Shown here: one piece after another, positions 1-9,636 of the stretch
Position numbering within the stretch: the first letter of the stretch is position 1
Layout of the letters: every line of letters begins with the position of its first letter
DNA from: Alphaproteobacteria bacterium
GTDB lineage: Bacteria > Pseudomonadota > Alphaproteobacteria > JAAXGF01
Direction of reading: 5' to 3'
Length of the DNA stretch: 64,000 nt
Assembly: GCA_963555825.3 (NCBI GenBank)
Contig: CAUVXB020000002.1
Span: 2,368,001 to 2,432,000, forward strand
Notes under the pieces: model-generated
The model's database searches: none
What the model was told of the DNA's origin: nothing
The model's input: the letters and a program-made list of their open reading frames with translations, nothing else
Made by a program: the position numbers and the translations under genes

Positions 1-27
1 TACTCGTTCGGATGTCGCGCTCGTCGG

Positions 28-1653
28 TTACTTCTCGAGCTTGACGCCGGCGGCGACGCGGTCCCAGGTTGTCGGCGTCAGGCCGCGTTCGCGCAGCTCG
101 AACTTCTTGATTTTGCCGGTCGGCGTCTTGGGCATCGCCTCGATGATATCGATGTAGCGCGGCACCATGAAATACGCCATGCGCGGCTCGATGAAGCGGG
201 TCAGCGCGACCGGGTCGATGGTCATGCCGGGCTTCGGCACGATGACCGCCATGACTTCTTGCTCGGTGTGCTCGGACGCGACCGGGATGACCGCGCATTC
301 CAAGACCGCGTCATGGGCGGCTATCTCGGCCTCGACTTCCATCGACGAGACGTTTTCGCCGCGCCGCCTGATCGCGTCCGTGACGCGGTCGACGAAGTAG
401 AGGTTGCCGGCCTCGTCGTACATCAGCATGTCGCCCGAATGGAGCCACTGGTTGCGCCACGCTGCGACCGTCGCCCGCGGATCGTTCCAGTAGCCGGCCA
501 TCAGGATCCAGGGTTCACGGGCGCGCACCACCGCCTCGCCGGGCACGCCGGGCGGCTGCAGCTCGTCGTTCGCATCGACGATGCGCACCTCGTAGCGGTC
601 GTCGGCCGGCCGGCCGCAGGTCCGATTGTTGGCGAGGTCGAAGCCCGAGCGCGTCGGCACGTTGATCTCGGTCGAGCCCCAGGTGGTCCCGACGAGGCAG
701 CCGAAGCGCTGCTTGAAGTCCTCGACCTCGGGCAAAAGCGGCACGATCAGGGCTCGCTCCAGCGGGTTGTCGGCGTCGTCGTCGGCCGGCGGCTGGCGAT
801 ACAGGATGCTCGCCATCGCGCCCAACAGGAACGTGCAGGTCACGCCGTGGCGGCGCACGTCGACCCAGAATTCGCTGGCGCTGAACGGCTTGGGCAGGAC
901 GACGGTCATCTCGGCGATGCAGCTGGCGTAGACGACCGCCCATTGCCCGGCGATGTGGAACAGCGGCAGGGGCGCGTAGTAGACGTCGTCGGCGCCGAGC
1001 TCCAAGAGCTCGACGCAGCTCAGGGCATATTCGTAGGCGTGGGTGTGGCTGATCATCACGCCCTTCGACGGCCCGGTCGTGCCCGAGGTGTACATCACCG
1101 CCATCAGGTCGCGATAGCGCGGGCCGCCCTCGGGCGGCGCGCCCTCGGGCGGCGGGCCGTCGCGCGCGACGTCCGCGAAATCGAGGGTCTCGAACCGCCC
1201 GGCGGGCTCGGCGTCGCCGTCGCCATGAAGAATCAGGCGCTTCAGGCCGATCAGCGCGCCGGCGACCGCGTCGATGCGGTCGAGGAACTGGCGCCCGACG
1301 ATCATCATGCTCGCCGAGGAATCGTTGATCACATGGGCCAGCACGCCGCCGCGCAAATGCGTGTTGACCGGCACCTCGACGGCGCCGAGCTTGGCCAGCG
1401 CGCACCAGGTCAAAACCAGCGCGACCGTGTCGGGCAGCATGTACAAGACGGTGTCGCCGGGCCGCACGCCGATGTCGACGAAGCCCGCCGCCAGCCGATC
1501 GGACTCGGCGTCGATCTCGCGGTAGCTGTAGGCGCGGTCCGGGGCGACGATCCACGGCTTGCCGCCGCAGCGTTCGACGCGCCGGGCGAGCACTTGGCGC
1601 AGCGTCTGCCCGGCGCGCGGTTCGTCCAGTCTCAACGGTGCCTCGGCCTTCAT
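28..1653 (-). CDS. ATP-dependent acyl-CoA ligase (CaiC-like AMP-binding enzyme)
   Basis: YTSGTTGPSKG AMP-binding motif, WLHSGD, RRRGENVSS, PKTPTGKI; start taken at ATG 1653 (MKAEAP). Confidence 0.85.
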   Translation of the reverse strand: MKAEAPLRLDEPRAGQTLRQVLARRVERCGGKPWIVAPDRAYSYREIDAESDRLAAGFVDIGVRPGDTVLYMLPDTVALVLTWCALAKLGAVEVPVNTHLRGGVLAHVINDSSASMMIVGRQFLDRIDAVAGALIGLKRLILHGDGDAEPAGRFETLDFADVARDGPPPEGAPPEGGPRYRDLMAVMYTSGTTGPSKGVMISHTHAYEYALSCVELLELGADDVYYAPLPLFHIAGQWAVVYASCIAEMTVVLPKPFSASEFWVDVRRHGVTCTFLLGAMASILYRQPPADDDADNPLERALIVPLLPEVEDFKQRFGCLVGTTWGSTEINVPTRSGFDLANNRTCGRPADDRYEVRIVDANDELQPPGVPGEAVVRAREPWILMAGYWNDPRATVAAWRNQWLHSGDMLMYDEAGNLYFVDRVTDAIRRRGENVSSMEVEAEIAAHDAVLECAVIPVASEHTEQEVMAVIVPKPGMTIDPVALTRFIEPRMAYFMVPRYIDIIEAMPKTPTGKIKKFELRERGLTPTTWDRVAAGVKLEK

Positions 1654-1768
1654 CGCGCCGAGTGTAGCAACAGCGCGCCGGGTCCGTCGATTGACAGTCT
1701 CCCGAACCGACACCTAAAGTCGTCGCTCCAGTACAAGACCGAATAGGCACGGCGGCCACAGCCACGAC

Positions 1769-2428
1769 ATGAGCGTCACCCGAGAACGGCTGCTCGACGG
1801 CACTTACGAGCGCATGGCGGTCGAGGCGGGGATCGCCCAAGTCCGCCCCAAGGCCGAGCGCACTGCGATGCGGCGCGCCTTTCTCCGTGACCATCGGCCG
1901 GGCGATGACCTCTGGGTGTTCGCGTACGGCTCGCTGACCTGGAACCCGGCCTTCCACTTCGCCGAGCGGCGGCGCGGCCGCATCCACGGCTACCACCGCT
2001 CGTTCTGCCTGTGGAGCCACGTCGGTCGCGGCAGCCACGACAACCCCGGCCTGATGCTCGGCCTCGACCGTGGCGGCGCCTGCGCTGGCGCGCTCTACCG
2101 CATCGCCGCCGACGACGTCGAGCACGAGAGCGCGCTGCTCTGGGCGCGCGAGATGATGATGCCGGTCTACCGGGCGCGCTGGCTCGCGGCGCGAACCGAG
2201 GCCGGTCCGGTCCGCGCCGTCGGCTTCGTCGTCGACCGGTCCTGCGCGCAATACGCCGGGCGTTTGCCGACCGAGCGGCTGGTCGCGGCGATGGCGACCG
2301 CGTCGGGCTCCCTCGGCAGCAGCTTCGACTATCTGCGCGCCCTGACCGACGAGCTTGACACGATGGGCATCCGCGACCGCGCGCTCGGCGACCTGCGCGC
2401 CCGCGTCGAAGCGAAGCTGGCGGACTAG
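1769..2428 (+). CDS. chaC: ChaC-family glutathione-specific gamma-glutamylcyclotransferase
   Basis: WVFAYGSLTWNP, GYHRSFCLWS, PGLMLGLDRGG, LWAREM. Confidence 0.85.
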   Translation: MSVTRERLLDGTYERMAVEAGIAQVRPKAERTAMRRAFLRDHRPGDDLWVFAYGSLTWNPAFHFAERRRGRIHGYHRSFCLWSHVGRGSHDNPGLMLGLDRGGACAGALYRIAADDVEHESALLWAREMMMPVYRARWLAARTEAGPVRAVGFVVDRSCAQYAGRLPTERLVAAMATASGSLGSSFDYLRALTDELDTMGIRDRALGDLRARVEAKLAD

Positions 2429-2486
2429 CGTCTGGCGCGCCGAAGGGCTAAAAACGCCGCTTGTCTTTCGGAAAGGGGCAACGGCA

Positions 2487-3662
2487 ATGGCGGAGCACAC
2501 GTCGACCTTCGGGTCATCGGCGTATGGCGGCGGCGGCTGGTCGGAGCGGATCCGGGCGCATCGCGAAGAGATCGGCGATCTGTGGACCGATTGCGGCATC
2601 GACAACGAATGGTCGCGCCTGCGCGCCGTCCTGCTGCACCGGCCGGGCGACGAGTTGGCGGCGTCGGCCGACGAGCATGACGCGATGGCCGAGGCGTTCC
2701 GCGCCAACGGCGTCACCGTGCATTACGTCGAACCCGATGGCCCGCCCTCGCCGAACCAGATGTTCTGCGCCGATCTGATGTTCATGACGCCCGAGGGCGT
2801 GATCGTCGCGCGCCCCGCGTCGACCGTGCGCGCCGGCGAGGAGCGTTAGCCCGGATTTCTCACCATGGACAGGCGCGTCATCGCGCCGCGCGGTCGCTGA
2901 TCCGCCAGGAGAAGGCCGCCGAGCGTGGCCTGGGCCACGGTCAAGGCCTTCGACGCCGCGGGCGGCCCGCCCGGCGCGACCCGAAGGGCGGCGGATCTCG
3001 GACGACAGGCGGCGTCAAAGCGTTTGCCCGATGCGACAGCATCGCGCCGCACGCTTTTCCTAGCCTGTCGTCCGATATCCGCCGTGCCGCACCTGTCCAT
3101 GGTGAGAATTCCGGGCTAGGTGGCGCGCCGCATCGCCGAGCGGGGCATGCCGATCCTGCGCACGCTGCGCGGGCGCGCCACCTTCGAGGGCGCGGATGCC
3201 ATGTGGCTCGACGCCGAGACGGTCATCATCGGACGCGGCCTGCGCACCAATTCCGAGGCGATCGACCAGATCACCGGGCTGCTCGCCGAGATGGGCGTCG
3301 CCACCATCGCCGTCGACATGCCGTTCGGCACGATGCATCTGATGGGCATGCTGCGCGTCGCCGATAAGGACCTGGCGATCGCCTGGCCGCGCCGCACGCC
3401 GCACGCCGCGGTGCTCGCGCTGCGCGAGCGCGGCTACCGGGTCGCCTTCCTGCCCGAGACCGACGACGACGCCATGAACCGGGCGCTCAACACCGTCACG
3501 CTGGGGCTGCGCAAGATCTTGGTCAACGCCGGCTACGACGTCATCCAGGCGTTCTACGAAGGGCTCAGCATCGAGTGTGTCACGGTGCACGCGCGCGAAC
3601 TCGTCAAGGCGGCCGGCGGCTTCGGCTGCCTGGCCGGCGTGCTGCACCGCGACCCGGTCTAG
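2487..3662 (+). pseudogene. Amidinotransferase/dimethylargininase-family enzyme interrupted by a MITE
   Basis: N-terminal half (NEWSRLRAVLLHRPG...RAGEER) and C-terminal half (FEGAD, HLMG, GGFGC) are separated by the 2847-3118 insertion; the reconstructed junction codon is TAG. Confidence 0.85.
2847..3118. mobile_element. MITE family A, copy 1 (~270 bp)
   Basis: Ends TAGCCCGGATTTCTCACCATGGACAGG / CCTGTCCATGGTGAGAATTCCGGGCTA (27-bp IR including TA, 1 mismatch); TTAG target; homologous to 53755-54028. Confidence 0.9.
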
Positions 3663-3695
3663 GCCCGCCGGCACCCTTTCACACTCCCTAGCATC

Positions 3696-3768
3696 AATGG
3701 GGTCAGACACCATTATTGGAATCATAAGTCATTCATAATAACATCTATTAATGGTGTCTGACCCCATT
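3696..3768. repeat. REP-doublet/REPIN-like 20-bp perfect inverted repeat with AT-rich spacer
   Basis: AATGGGGTCAGACACCATTA (3696-3715) and its exact reverse complement (3749-3768), between convergent genes. Confidence 0.75.
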
Positions 3769-3830
3769 ATTAAGAAGCGCCAATATTGGAGGACGGGAGC
3801 CATTATTCGGGAGATCGGGGCGCGGGCTGT

Positions 3831-4802
3831 CTAGTCGATCTCGCCGAGGGCGCGCAGCACCTTGAGCTGCAGGGCGTGCACCGCGTGCTCGGAGATGTAG
3901 CTGTGCTCGTCGTCGACGATGAAGCGCCCCTGGCGGTAGCCACGGCTGCGCAGGCCCTTCTGGACGTTTTCGACGAGCGGAAAGTCCTCGCGGCGCACGA
4001 CATCGACGAAGTCGATGACCTCCTGTTCCTGTTCGGTCGGTGCATCGCCCTCGAGGTACCACTCGATCGTCTGCACGGTGCGTTCCGGTGCCACCGGCCG
4101 GTTGTGGAACACGGTCAGCTTGCCGCCCGGGTAGAACTCGAACGACATCGTCGGGAAGACGCACCAGCCGCCGAACTCGTCGCCGCGCGGACTCGCGCCG
4201 GGCTCATGGCTATAACACTGCTTGTCGCCCTGGTCGCCGCAATTGTGGTGGTGATAGGCGTCGTGCACCTCGATGCGGTAATTGGTCATGTCGAGCGCCT
4301 GGCGCGACAGGCTCGGATGGCCGATCGGGCAGTGGTAGCACTCGGAATAGTTCTCCATCACGGTCTTCCAGTTGGCGGCGACCTGATAGGTCTTGCGGTA
4401 GGCGAGCTTCAGCGCCTCGGGCGCGGCGCAGAACGAGCGGAACTCCTGCTCCATGCCGCCGGTCTGCTGGCACATCGGCACCGCGTCCGCATCGAAATTG
4501 AAGAAGATGAAGCCGAGGAACGCCTCGGTCCGCACCGGCCGTTGGCTACCGCCGGCGTCCTCGACACCGATCAGATCACCGTCATCACCGCGCGTGATGA
4601 CGACGCCGCGATCGCCGATTTCGCGGACCAGCGCGTCATCCGGTCCGCCGAGCTGGCAGACGTGCCCGGCGTAGAGCCACGAGCGATACATGATGGCATC
4701 GAGCTCGCGGGCGTAGATCGCGGGATCGTGGTAGTAGCGGCCGGGCAGCGTATAGGCGTGCGCCGTATCGCGGTCGATCCTCGCAAGTGCATCTTGGACC
4801 AT
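3831..4802 (-). CDS. Rieske oxygenase alpha-subunit homolog lacking the [2Fe-2S] ligand segment (possible pseudogene)
   Basis: Catalytic-domain motifs ANWKTVMENYSECYHCPIGHP and ED..LVENVQKG are present; no CxH...CxxH between RGDDGDL and PVRTEAF. Confidence 0.8.
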   Translation of the reverse strand: MVQDALARIDRDTAHAYTLPGRYYHDPAIYARELDAIMYRSWLYAGHVCQLGGPDDALVREIGDRGVVITRGDDGDLIGVEDAGGSQRPVRTEAFLGFIFFNFDADAVPMCQQTGGMEQEFRSFCAAPEALKLAYRKTYQVAANWKTVMENYSECYHCPIGHPSLSRQALDMTNYRIEVHDAYHHHNCGDQGDKQCYSHEPGASPRGDEFGGWCVFPTMSFEFYPGGKLTVFHNRPVAPERTVQTIEWYLEGDAPTEQEQEVIDFVDVVRREDFPLVENVQKGLRSRGYRQGRFIVDDEHSYISEHAVHALQLKVLRALGEID

Positions 4803-4857
4803 GACAGCCCCTCCCTCTCGGGCGTCGATAGCAACAGAATAACCCATTTTCGACGCG

Positions 4858-5688
4858 CTAACCATCGCGCGGCGGGCCCGGTGGGACCGGCCCGCTGGGC
4901 GCCAGCGCGCCATCGGCGTCGTGCATCTCCTCGCCTGCGAGCGACGGGCAGAACACGCTCAACAGGTGGAGCTCGGTGACCGCGTGCATGCTGTGCCTGT
5001 CTTCGGGCCCGACGCAGTACATGGTGCCGGGCTCGAGCGGCCAGCGCTCACCGGTCGTCAGGTCCGACACGTCGCCGTGGCCGTCGAGGATGTAGTTGGC
5101 TTCCCAATGGTGCTTGTACCAAAGCTCGTTGCGATTGCCGGCGGCCAGGATGACGTCGCAGATCGTGACGCCGATGCCGTCCTCGGCGAGCAGCATGCGC
5201 ACGGTGCGCGCCGAGCCGCCGGCGACGATCTTCTCGCGGCCCGCCGCGCGCAGCTCGGCGACGCTCTTGACGAACATCCGCGCGCGGCCTTTGGGGACCG
5301 GGCCGGTCGGCGGGTACGAACCGTCCGCGTCGTGGCGCTCGTCACCCGTGATCGACGGGCTGAAGACGCTGACGATATGAAGCGTGTCGGTCACCGTGAC
5401 ACGGTGGCGATCGGTCGGCCCGACGGTGTAGAGCGAGCCGGGCCCGAGCGGCCAGCGCTCGCCCGTGGTCAGGTCCTCGACCGTACCGGCGCCCGAGACG
5501 ATGTAGTTGGGCTCCCAGTGGTTCTTGTACCAGAGCGTCACCTCGGCGCCCGCCTCGATGCCGACGTCGTGCAACGAGAACCCGAGACCGTCGGCCGCGG
5601 TAAGCAGCCGCGCGCTGCGTGCGTGGCCGTCGAGCAGCCTCAGCTCCCGGCCCTCTCGCCTGAGTTCATCGAGCGTCCTCACGAACAT
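4858..5688 (-). CDS. Tandem two-domain ectoine synthase (EctC)-like cupin
   Basis: Two repeats of MFV...R.L.A.DG.G...WYK.HWE.NYI..G.G.V.DLTTGERWPL.PG..Y.VGP.DRH...SVF.PS..G.E.HDADG. Confidence 0.8.
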   Translation of the reverse strand: MFVRTLDELRREGRELRLLDGHARSARLLTAADGLGFSLHDVGIEAGAEVTLWYKNHWEPNYIVSGAGTVEDLTTGERWPLGPGSLYTVGPTDRHRVTVTDTLHIVSVFSPSITGDERHDADGSYPPTGPVPKGRARMFVKSVAELRAAGREKIVAGGSARTVRMLLAEDGIGVTICDVILAAGNRNELWYKHHWEANYILDGHGDVSDLTTGERWPLEPGTMYCVGPEDRHSMHAVTELHLLSVFCPSLAGEEMHDADGALAPSGPVPPGPPRDG

Positions 5689-7031
5689 CGTTCACCGGCC
5701 GTGAATGCCGCCTCCATCTCGCGGCGAAAGACGACGGTGTCGTCCGCCTCGTCGATCTCGACGTCGGTCCAGCGTAGCACGTCACCCGCAGCAATCGCGT
5801 TGTTCAGCGTGACGCCGTGGGCGAGGCCGAGCGGCAGCGCGCCCTGGCTTATCGAATCGGCGGCCGGCATCAGGCGGCCGTAGACCGTGTAGCCGCCTTC
5901 GCCGTCGAGCGTCTCGCCGATCGCGAGGTCGCGTTTCGCCGTTGCCGCGACGTCGGCGTTGAAGCCGCGCGCACAGCCGATCGGCTCGTTGTACAAGGCC
6001 GCGGTGGCGACGCTGACGCCGAGCTCGAGGCCGATCAGGTGATAGGGCTTGTACATCGCAGCGAATTCACCCGAGTCGTCGGTCGCCAGGCCGTATTCGG
6101 CGAAGCAGCGGCGCACGTAGTCGTCGGGCGCGGCGAAGGTCACGTAGACGCCCCAACGCAGATCGTGGGCGATGGCACCGCCGTCGCGCTCGAGGCAGGA
6201 GACGACCTCGACCGTGCCGCGATGGTCGAGCGTGCCGCCGGCCTCGGCCGGCCGACAGACATTGGCCAGATCGTCGGCGCTCGACGGCGGAAAGCGCAGG
6301 CCGCCGGCCTGCGGAGCGAGATCGCAGGCGTTGGCCACCGCGGCCATCTCGATCGCCGACTTGGTGCCGTCGAGGAAGGAATTGAACATTTGCGGGTTCA
6401 TGCCGCCGGCGGCGGCCTGTTCCGCGCTCAGGCCGTAATACCCCCACACCGTCTCGGGTGTCGAGGCGTGGTATTCGGGCAGATATTTGGTGCCCTTGCC
6501 GGCGCAGACCACCTCGAAGCCGGTGGCGCGCGCCCAATCGACCATCTCGGCGATCAACGCGGGTTGGTCGCCGTAGGCCATGGTGTAGACGACGCCGGCT
6601 TGCTCGGCGCGGCGCGCCAGCAGCGGCCCGGCGAGCACGTCGCCCTCGACGGTCACCATGACGACGTCGACGCCGTGGCGGAAGGCGGCCAGCGCGTGGC
6701 GGATGCCGGCCGCCGGACTGCCGGTCGATTCGACCAGCACGTCGAGGCCGTCGGCGGCGATCAGCGTCTCGGCGTCGTCGGTGATGTGCGCGGCGCCGGT
6801 CGTGAGCGCGACGTCGAGGTCGGGCGCGGCATAGGCCATCTCGGGCCAGCCAGCGCGGCGGCAGGCGTCGCGCGCGCGCTCGGGCGCGATATCGGCGATG
6901 CCGAGCACGCGCAGGCCCGGCGTGCGCCGCGCCTGGGCCAGGAACATGGTGGCGAACTTGCCGGCGCCGACGACGCCGACGCGTAGCGGCCGCCCCGCTT
7001 CCTCGCGCTTGCCGAGTTGGTCGTACAGCAT
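5679..7031 (-). CDS. NAD(P)-dependent oxidoreductase with C-terminal SAF domain (homoserine dehydrogenase-like)
   Basis: GVVGAGKFA Rossmann motif, GDQPA, SFLDGTKSAIEM, AKRDL..GE.LDGEGGYTVYG. Confidence 0.85.
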   Translation of the reverse strand: MLYDQLGKREEAGRPLRVGVVGAGKFATMFLAQARRTPGLRVLGIADIAPERARDACRRAGWPEMAYAAPDLDVALTTGAAHITDDAETLIAADGLDVLVESTGSPAAGIRHALAAFRHGVDVVMVTVEGDVLAGPLLARRAEQAGVVYTMAYGDQPALIAEMVDWARATGFEVVCAGKGTKYLPEYHASTPETVWGYYGLSAEQAAAGGMNPQMFNSFLDGTKSAIEMAAVANACDLAPQAGGLRFPPSSADDLANVCRPAEAGGTLDHRGTVEVVSCLERDGGAIAHDLRWGVYVTFAAPDDYVRRCFAEYGLATDDSGEFAAMYKPYHLIGLELGVSVATAALYNEPIGCARGFNADVAATAKRDLAIGETLDGEGGYTVYGRLMPAADSISQGALPLGLAHGVTLNNAIAAGDVLRWTDVEIDEADDTVVFRREMEAAFTAGERCS

Positions 7032-7035
7032 GTGC

Positions 7036-8250
7036 CTAGACCACGACCAGGTTGCGCGGCAGCGTCGACAGCACTTCGAGGCCCGTGTCGGTCATCAGGA
7101 AGGTCTCGATATAGGCCGCGCCCGAGCCGCCCGGCCAGTCTTCCCAGACGTCGAACTGGTTCTCCAGGTTGAACACCATGCCCGGCTCGAGCGGCCGGTC
7201 GTCGGGCGCATCGGGCGTCGGGTGGGTGCGCTGTACGCCGACCCAATCGGGCGGCGCCGCGATGCCCAGCGTATAGCCGCCGTTGTACCACATGGTGGGT
7301 CTGAGGCCGGTCGCGTCGACGTAGTCGTCGGCCACCTGGTGCACCTTGAACATGGTGTCGCCCGGCCCGATGGCCGCGACGATGGCGTCGATGCAGCCGG
7401 CCGAGGCGTCCATCAGCGTGACCCAGCGCGGGTCCGGCTCGCCCAGCGAGAAGGTCCGGTTGAGGTTGACGTGATAGCGGTGCAGCGCGGCGCAGAAGTC
7501 GATGAACACGAGCTCGCCCTGGCGCACCTGGCGGAGCGTCGGCGCGCTGTGGTGGGTGCCGGCGCGCGGTCCCGAGCCGATCATCGTGCGGATGCCCGGA
7601 TAGCCGCCGCCGGCCGCCATCAGCGAGCCCATGATGACGCCCTCGAGCGCGGTCTCGGTGACGCCGGGGCGGATCGCGTCGCGCGCCGCGGCCATCGCTG
7701 CATCGGCCATGGCGGCGGCGCGGCGCACCACCTCGATCTCGAGCGGCGACTTGATCAGGCGAACTTCCTCGACCAGGAACGAGGCGTCGACGACCGCCAT
7801 GGCGGCGCCTTCGAGCGCACCGCGCAGGGCATCCATCACATCGGCGTGGGGCGCATGGCCCCAGCGCTGCAACGCGACCCGCTTGTCGGCCAGGCCGCGG
7901 CCGGCGAGCTCGCTGGCGATCAGCGCGATGCATTGGTCGACGCCGACGCGCTCGAACCAGACGATCTCGCCGATCTCCGGCGTCGTCGAGACGATCGTCG
8001 TGTGGCTGACGCTGTCGAAGAACACCGTCGCGTCGGCATCGGCGCGGACCAGCACCCCGGTCAGGCTGCGCAGGTGATACCAGATCATGTCGTAGCCGGT
8101 CAGATAGGTCAGGTCGGCCGGCAGAGTGACGAAGATGGCGTCGATGTCGGCGGCGGCCAGCGCACGACGCAGCTTGGCGCGCCGCGTAGCGTATTCCTCG
8201 GCCGGGAAGGCCTGGGGCCAATCGATCTGGTCCCGCAGATACTGCTGCAT
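7036..8250 (-). CDS. M24 Xaa-Pro peptidase-family hydrolase (DoeA/EutD-like)
   Basis: F..EEY..RR, LTYLTGYD, RLIKSPLEI, YHVNLNRT, GYTLGIAAPPDW, LEPGMVFNLE. Confidence 0.8.
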   Translation of the reverse strand: MQQYLRDQIDWPQAFPAEEYATRRAKLRRALAAADIDAIFVTLPADLTYLTGYDMIWYHLRSLTGVLVRADADATVFFDSVSHTTIVSTTPEIGEIVWFERVGVDQCIALIASELAGRGLADKRVALQRWGHAPHADVMDALRGALEGAAMAVVDASFLVEEVRLIKSPLEIEVVRRAAAMADAAMAAARDAIRPGVTETALEGVIMGSLMAAGGGYPGIRTMIGSGPRAGTHHSAPTLRQVRQGELVFIDFCAALHRYHVNLNRTFSLGEPDPRWVTLMDASAGCIDAIVAAIGPGDTMFKVHQVADDYVDATGLRPTMWYNGGYTLGIAAPPDWVGVQRTHPTPDAPDDRPLEPGMVFNLENQFDVWEDWPGGSGAAYIETFLMTDTGLEVLSTLPRNLVVV

Positions 8251-8262
8251 TGTGTCTCCCCC

Positions 8263-9048
8263 CTACTGGTCCGCCCCCGCCGTCAGGCAATCGTCGGCCA
8301 GGCATTCGATCGGCGTGAAGTCGCGGTGGGCGATCCACTCGGGCCGCTTGAAGCGGCGGATGTGGTTGTCGACATGGCACAGGCTGATGTAGACGATGAC
8401 CCGGTCCCACGGCGACATGTTGCTGCCCGAGCCGTGCACGATATTGCCGTGGAAGAACAGCGCCGAGCCCGGCGCGCCCTTGGCCGCGATCATGCCGTTC
8501 CGTTCGACCAGCGCGCCGATCGTTGCGTCGTCGATCGTCCACAGCGGATAGCTCGTCGTCGCGGTGTCGTGGCCGGCCTCGAGACAGCCGCCCTTGTGCG
8601 AGCCCGGAATGAACAGCAGCGGCGCGTTGAACTCGTTGATTTCGCTCAGGAACACAGCGACGTTCATCGCCCTTGGCTCGGGCATCAGATCGTCGCGCGA
8701 CCAAGTGCCGTAGTCCTGGTGCCACTGCCAGACGTCGCCGTTGAACGCCGCCTTGCCGTTGATCTTGAACTGATGCACGTAGACGTCGCCGCCGAGCAAC
8801 CGCATGATCGGCGCGACCAATCGGGGATGGCGTGACAGCTTGCCATAGACGTCGTTGTAGGTATGCGCCGCGAAGTTGGTGCGCACCACGCCGCCGCGCT
8901 GCTCGCGCACGTTCTCCTTGCGCTCAACGGCGAACAGCGCCGGCACCTCGCCGAGCAGCACCGCGACCTCGGCTGCATCGAACAGATCGGGCATAAACAG
9001 ATAGCCGTCGGTCTCGAACCGCGCGACCTGATCGTCGGAAAGCTGCAT
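8263..9048 (-). CDS. Phytanoyl-CoA dioxygenase-family 2OG/Fe(II) enzyme, EctD/proline hydroxylase-like
   Basis: YVHQFKINGK, WQWHQDYGTW..DD.MPEP, IPGSHK, FHGNIVHGSGSNMSPWDR. Confidence 0.85.
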   Translation of the reverse strand: MQLSDDQVARFETDGYLFMPDLFDAAEVAVLLGEVPALFAVERKENVREQRGGVVRTNFAAHTYNDVYGKLSRHPRLVAPIMRLLGGDVYVHQFKINGKAAFNGDVWQWHQDYGTWSRDDLMPEPRAMNVAVFLSEINEFNAPLLFIPGSHKGGCLEAGHDTATTSYPLWTIDDATIGALVERNGMIAAKGAPGSALFFHGNIVHGSGSNMSPWDRVIVYISLCHVDNHIRRFKRPEWIAHRDFTPIECLADDCLTAGADQ

Positions 9049-9125
9049 GACATGCCCCTCGCCGCGTTTCTACCGCGCCAGTCTAACCGAACGCGCCCGC
9101 ACCTACCAACCGGCGCGGGCGGTCA

Positions 9126-9338
9126 TCACAGGTCTTCGGGCGTGAGACCGGTGTGGCGGGCGATGCGCGCAAGCATCTTGGGGCCGATCTCTTCACGGTC
9201 GTGAAAGGCGAATACGTAGTTCGGCCAGCCTTCGCGCTCGAGCACTCGATGATATCCGCTCTGCCGCTTGGTTGTCCAACCGACACGCGCGAGCGCGGCG
9301 AGGACACGCCGGGCGCGTGTCGACCGCCACTGGCTCAT
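9126..9338 (-). CDS. hicA: HicA-family toxin
   Basis: 70 aa, GW..KRQSGYHRVL, FAFHD.EEIGP.ML. Confidence 0.8.
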   Translation of the reverse strand: MSQWRSTRARRVLAALARVGWTTKRQSGYHRVLEREGWPNYVFAFHDREEIGPKMLARIARHTGLTPEDL

Positions 9339-9535
9339 GCAGCGACGAAGAGCTCGCCAAGCGCGGGAATTGTTTCGCCGTGTTCGAGCCGGTCGGCAAG
9401 GACGCGCAGGGCGAGCGCCTCGACCTTAGCCTGCGCCTCCTGCTGCGTGGCGCCGTAGGCCATCACGCCGGAGAGCTCAGAGATTTCGGCGACCCACCGG
9501 CCATCCGCCTCCTGCTCGAATTCGATCCGCAGCAC
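9335..9535 (-). CDS. hicB: HicB-family antitoxin (short form, upstream of hicA)
   Basis: EQEADGRWVAE...LSGVMAYGATQQEA; 4-bp overlap with hicA. Confidence 0.8.
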   Translation of the reverse strand: MLRIEFEQEADGRWVAEISELSGVMAYGATQQEAQAKVEALALRVLADRLEHGETIPALGELFVAA

Positions 9536-9636
9536 GTCGGTACCTCTGCGTGTCGTGTAAACCTACGTTTCGCCGACGATCGGTCGGCTTTGCACGGCCA
9601 GTGTAACACGCGGACGCATCCACGGCATCGGTCCTC

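Noticed and set aside
8263-9048. Bona fide ectD
   Set aside because: It lacks the FxWHSDFETWHxEDG signature, so it is kept as EctD-like only.
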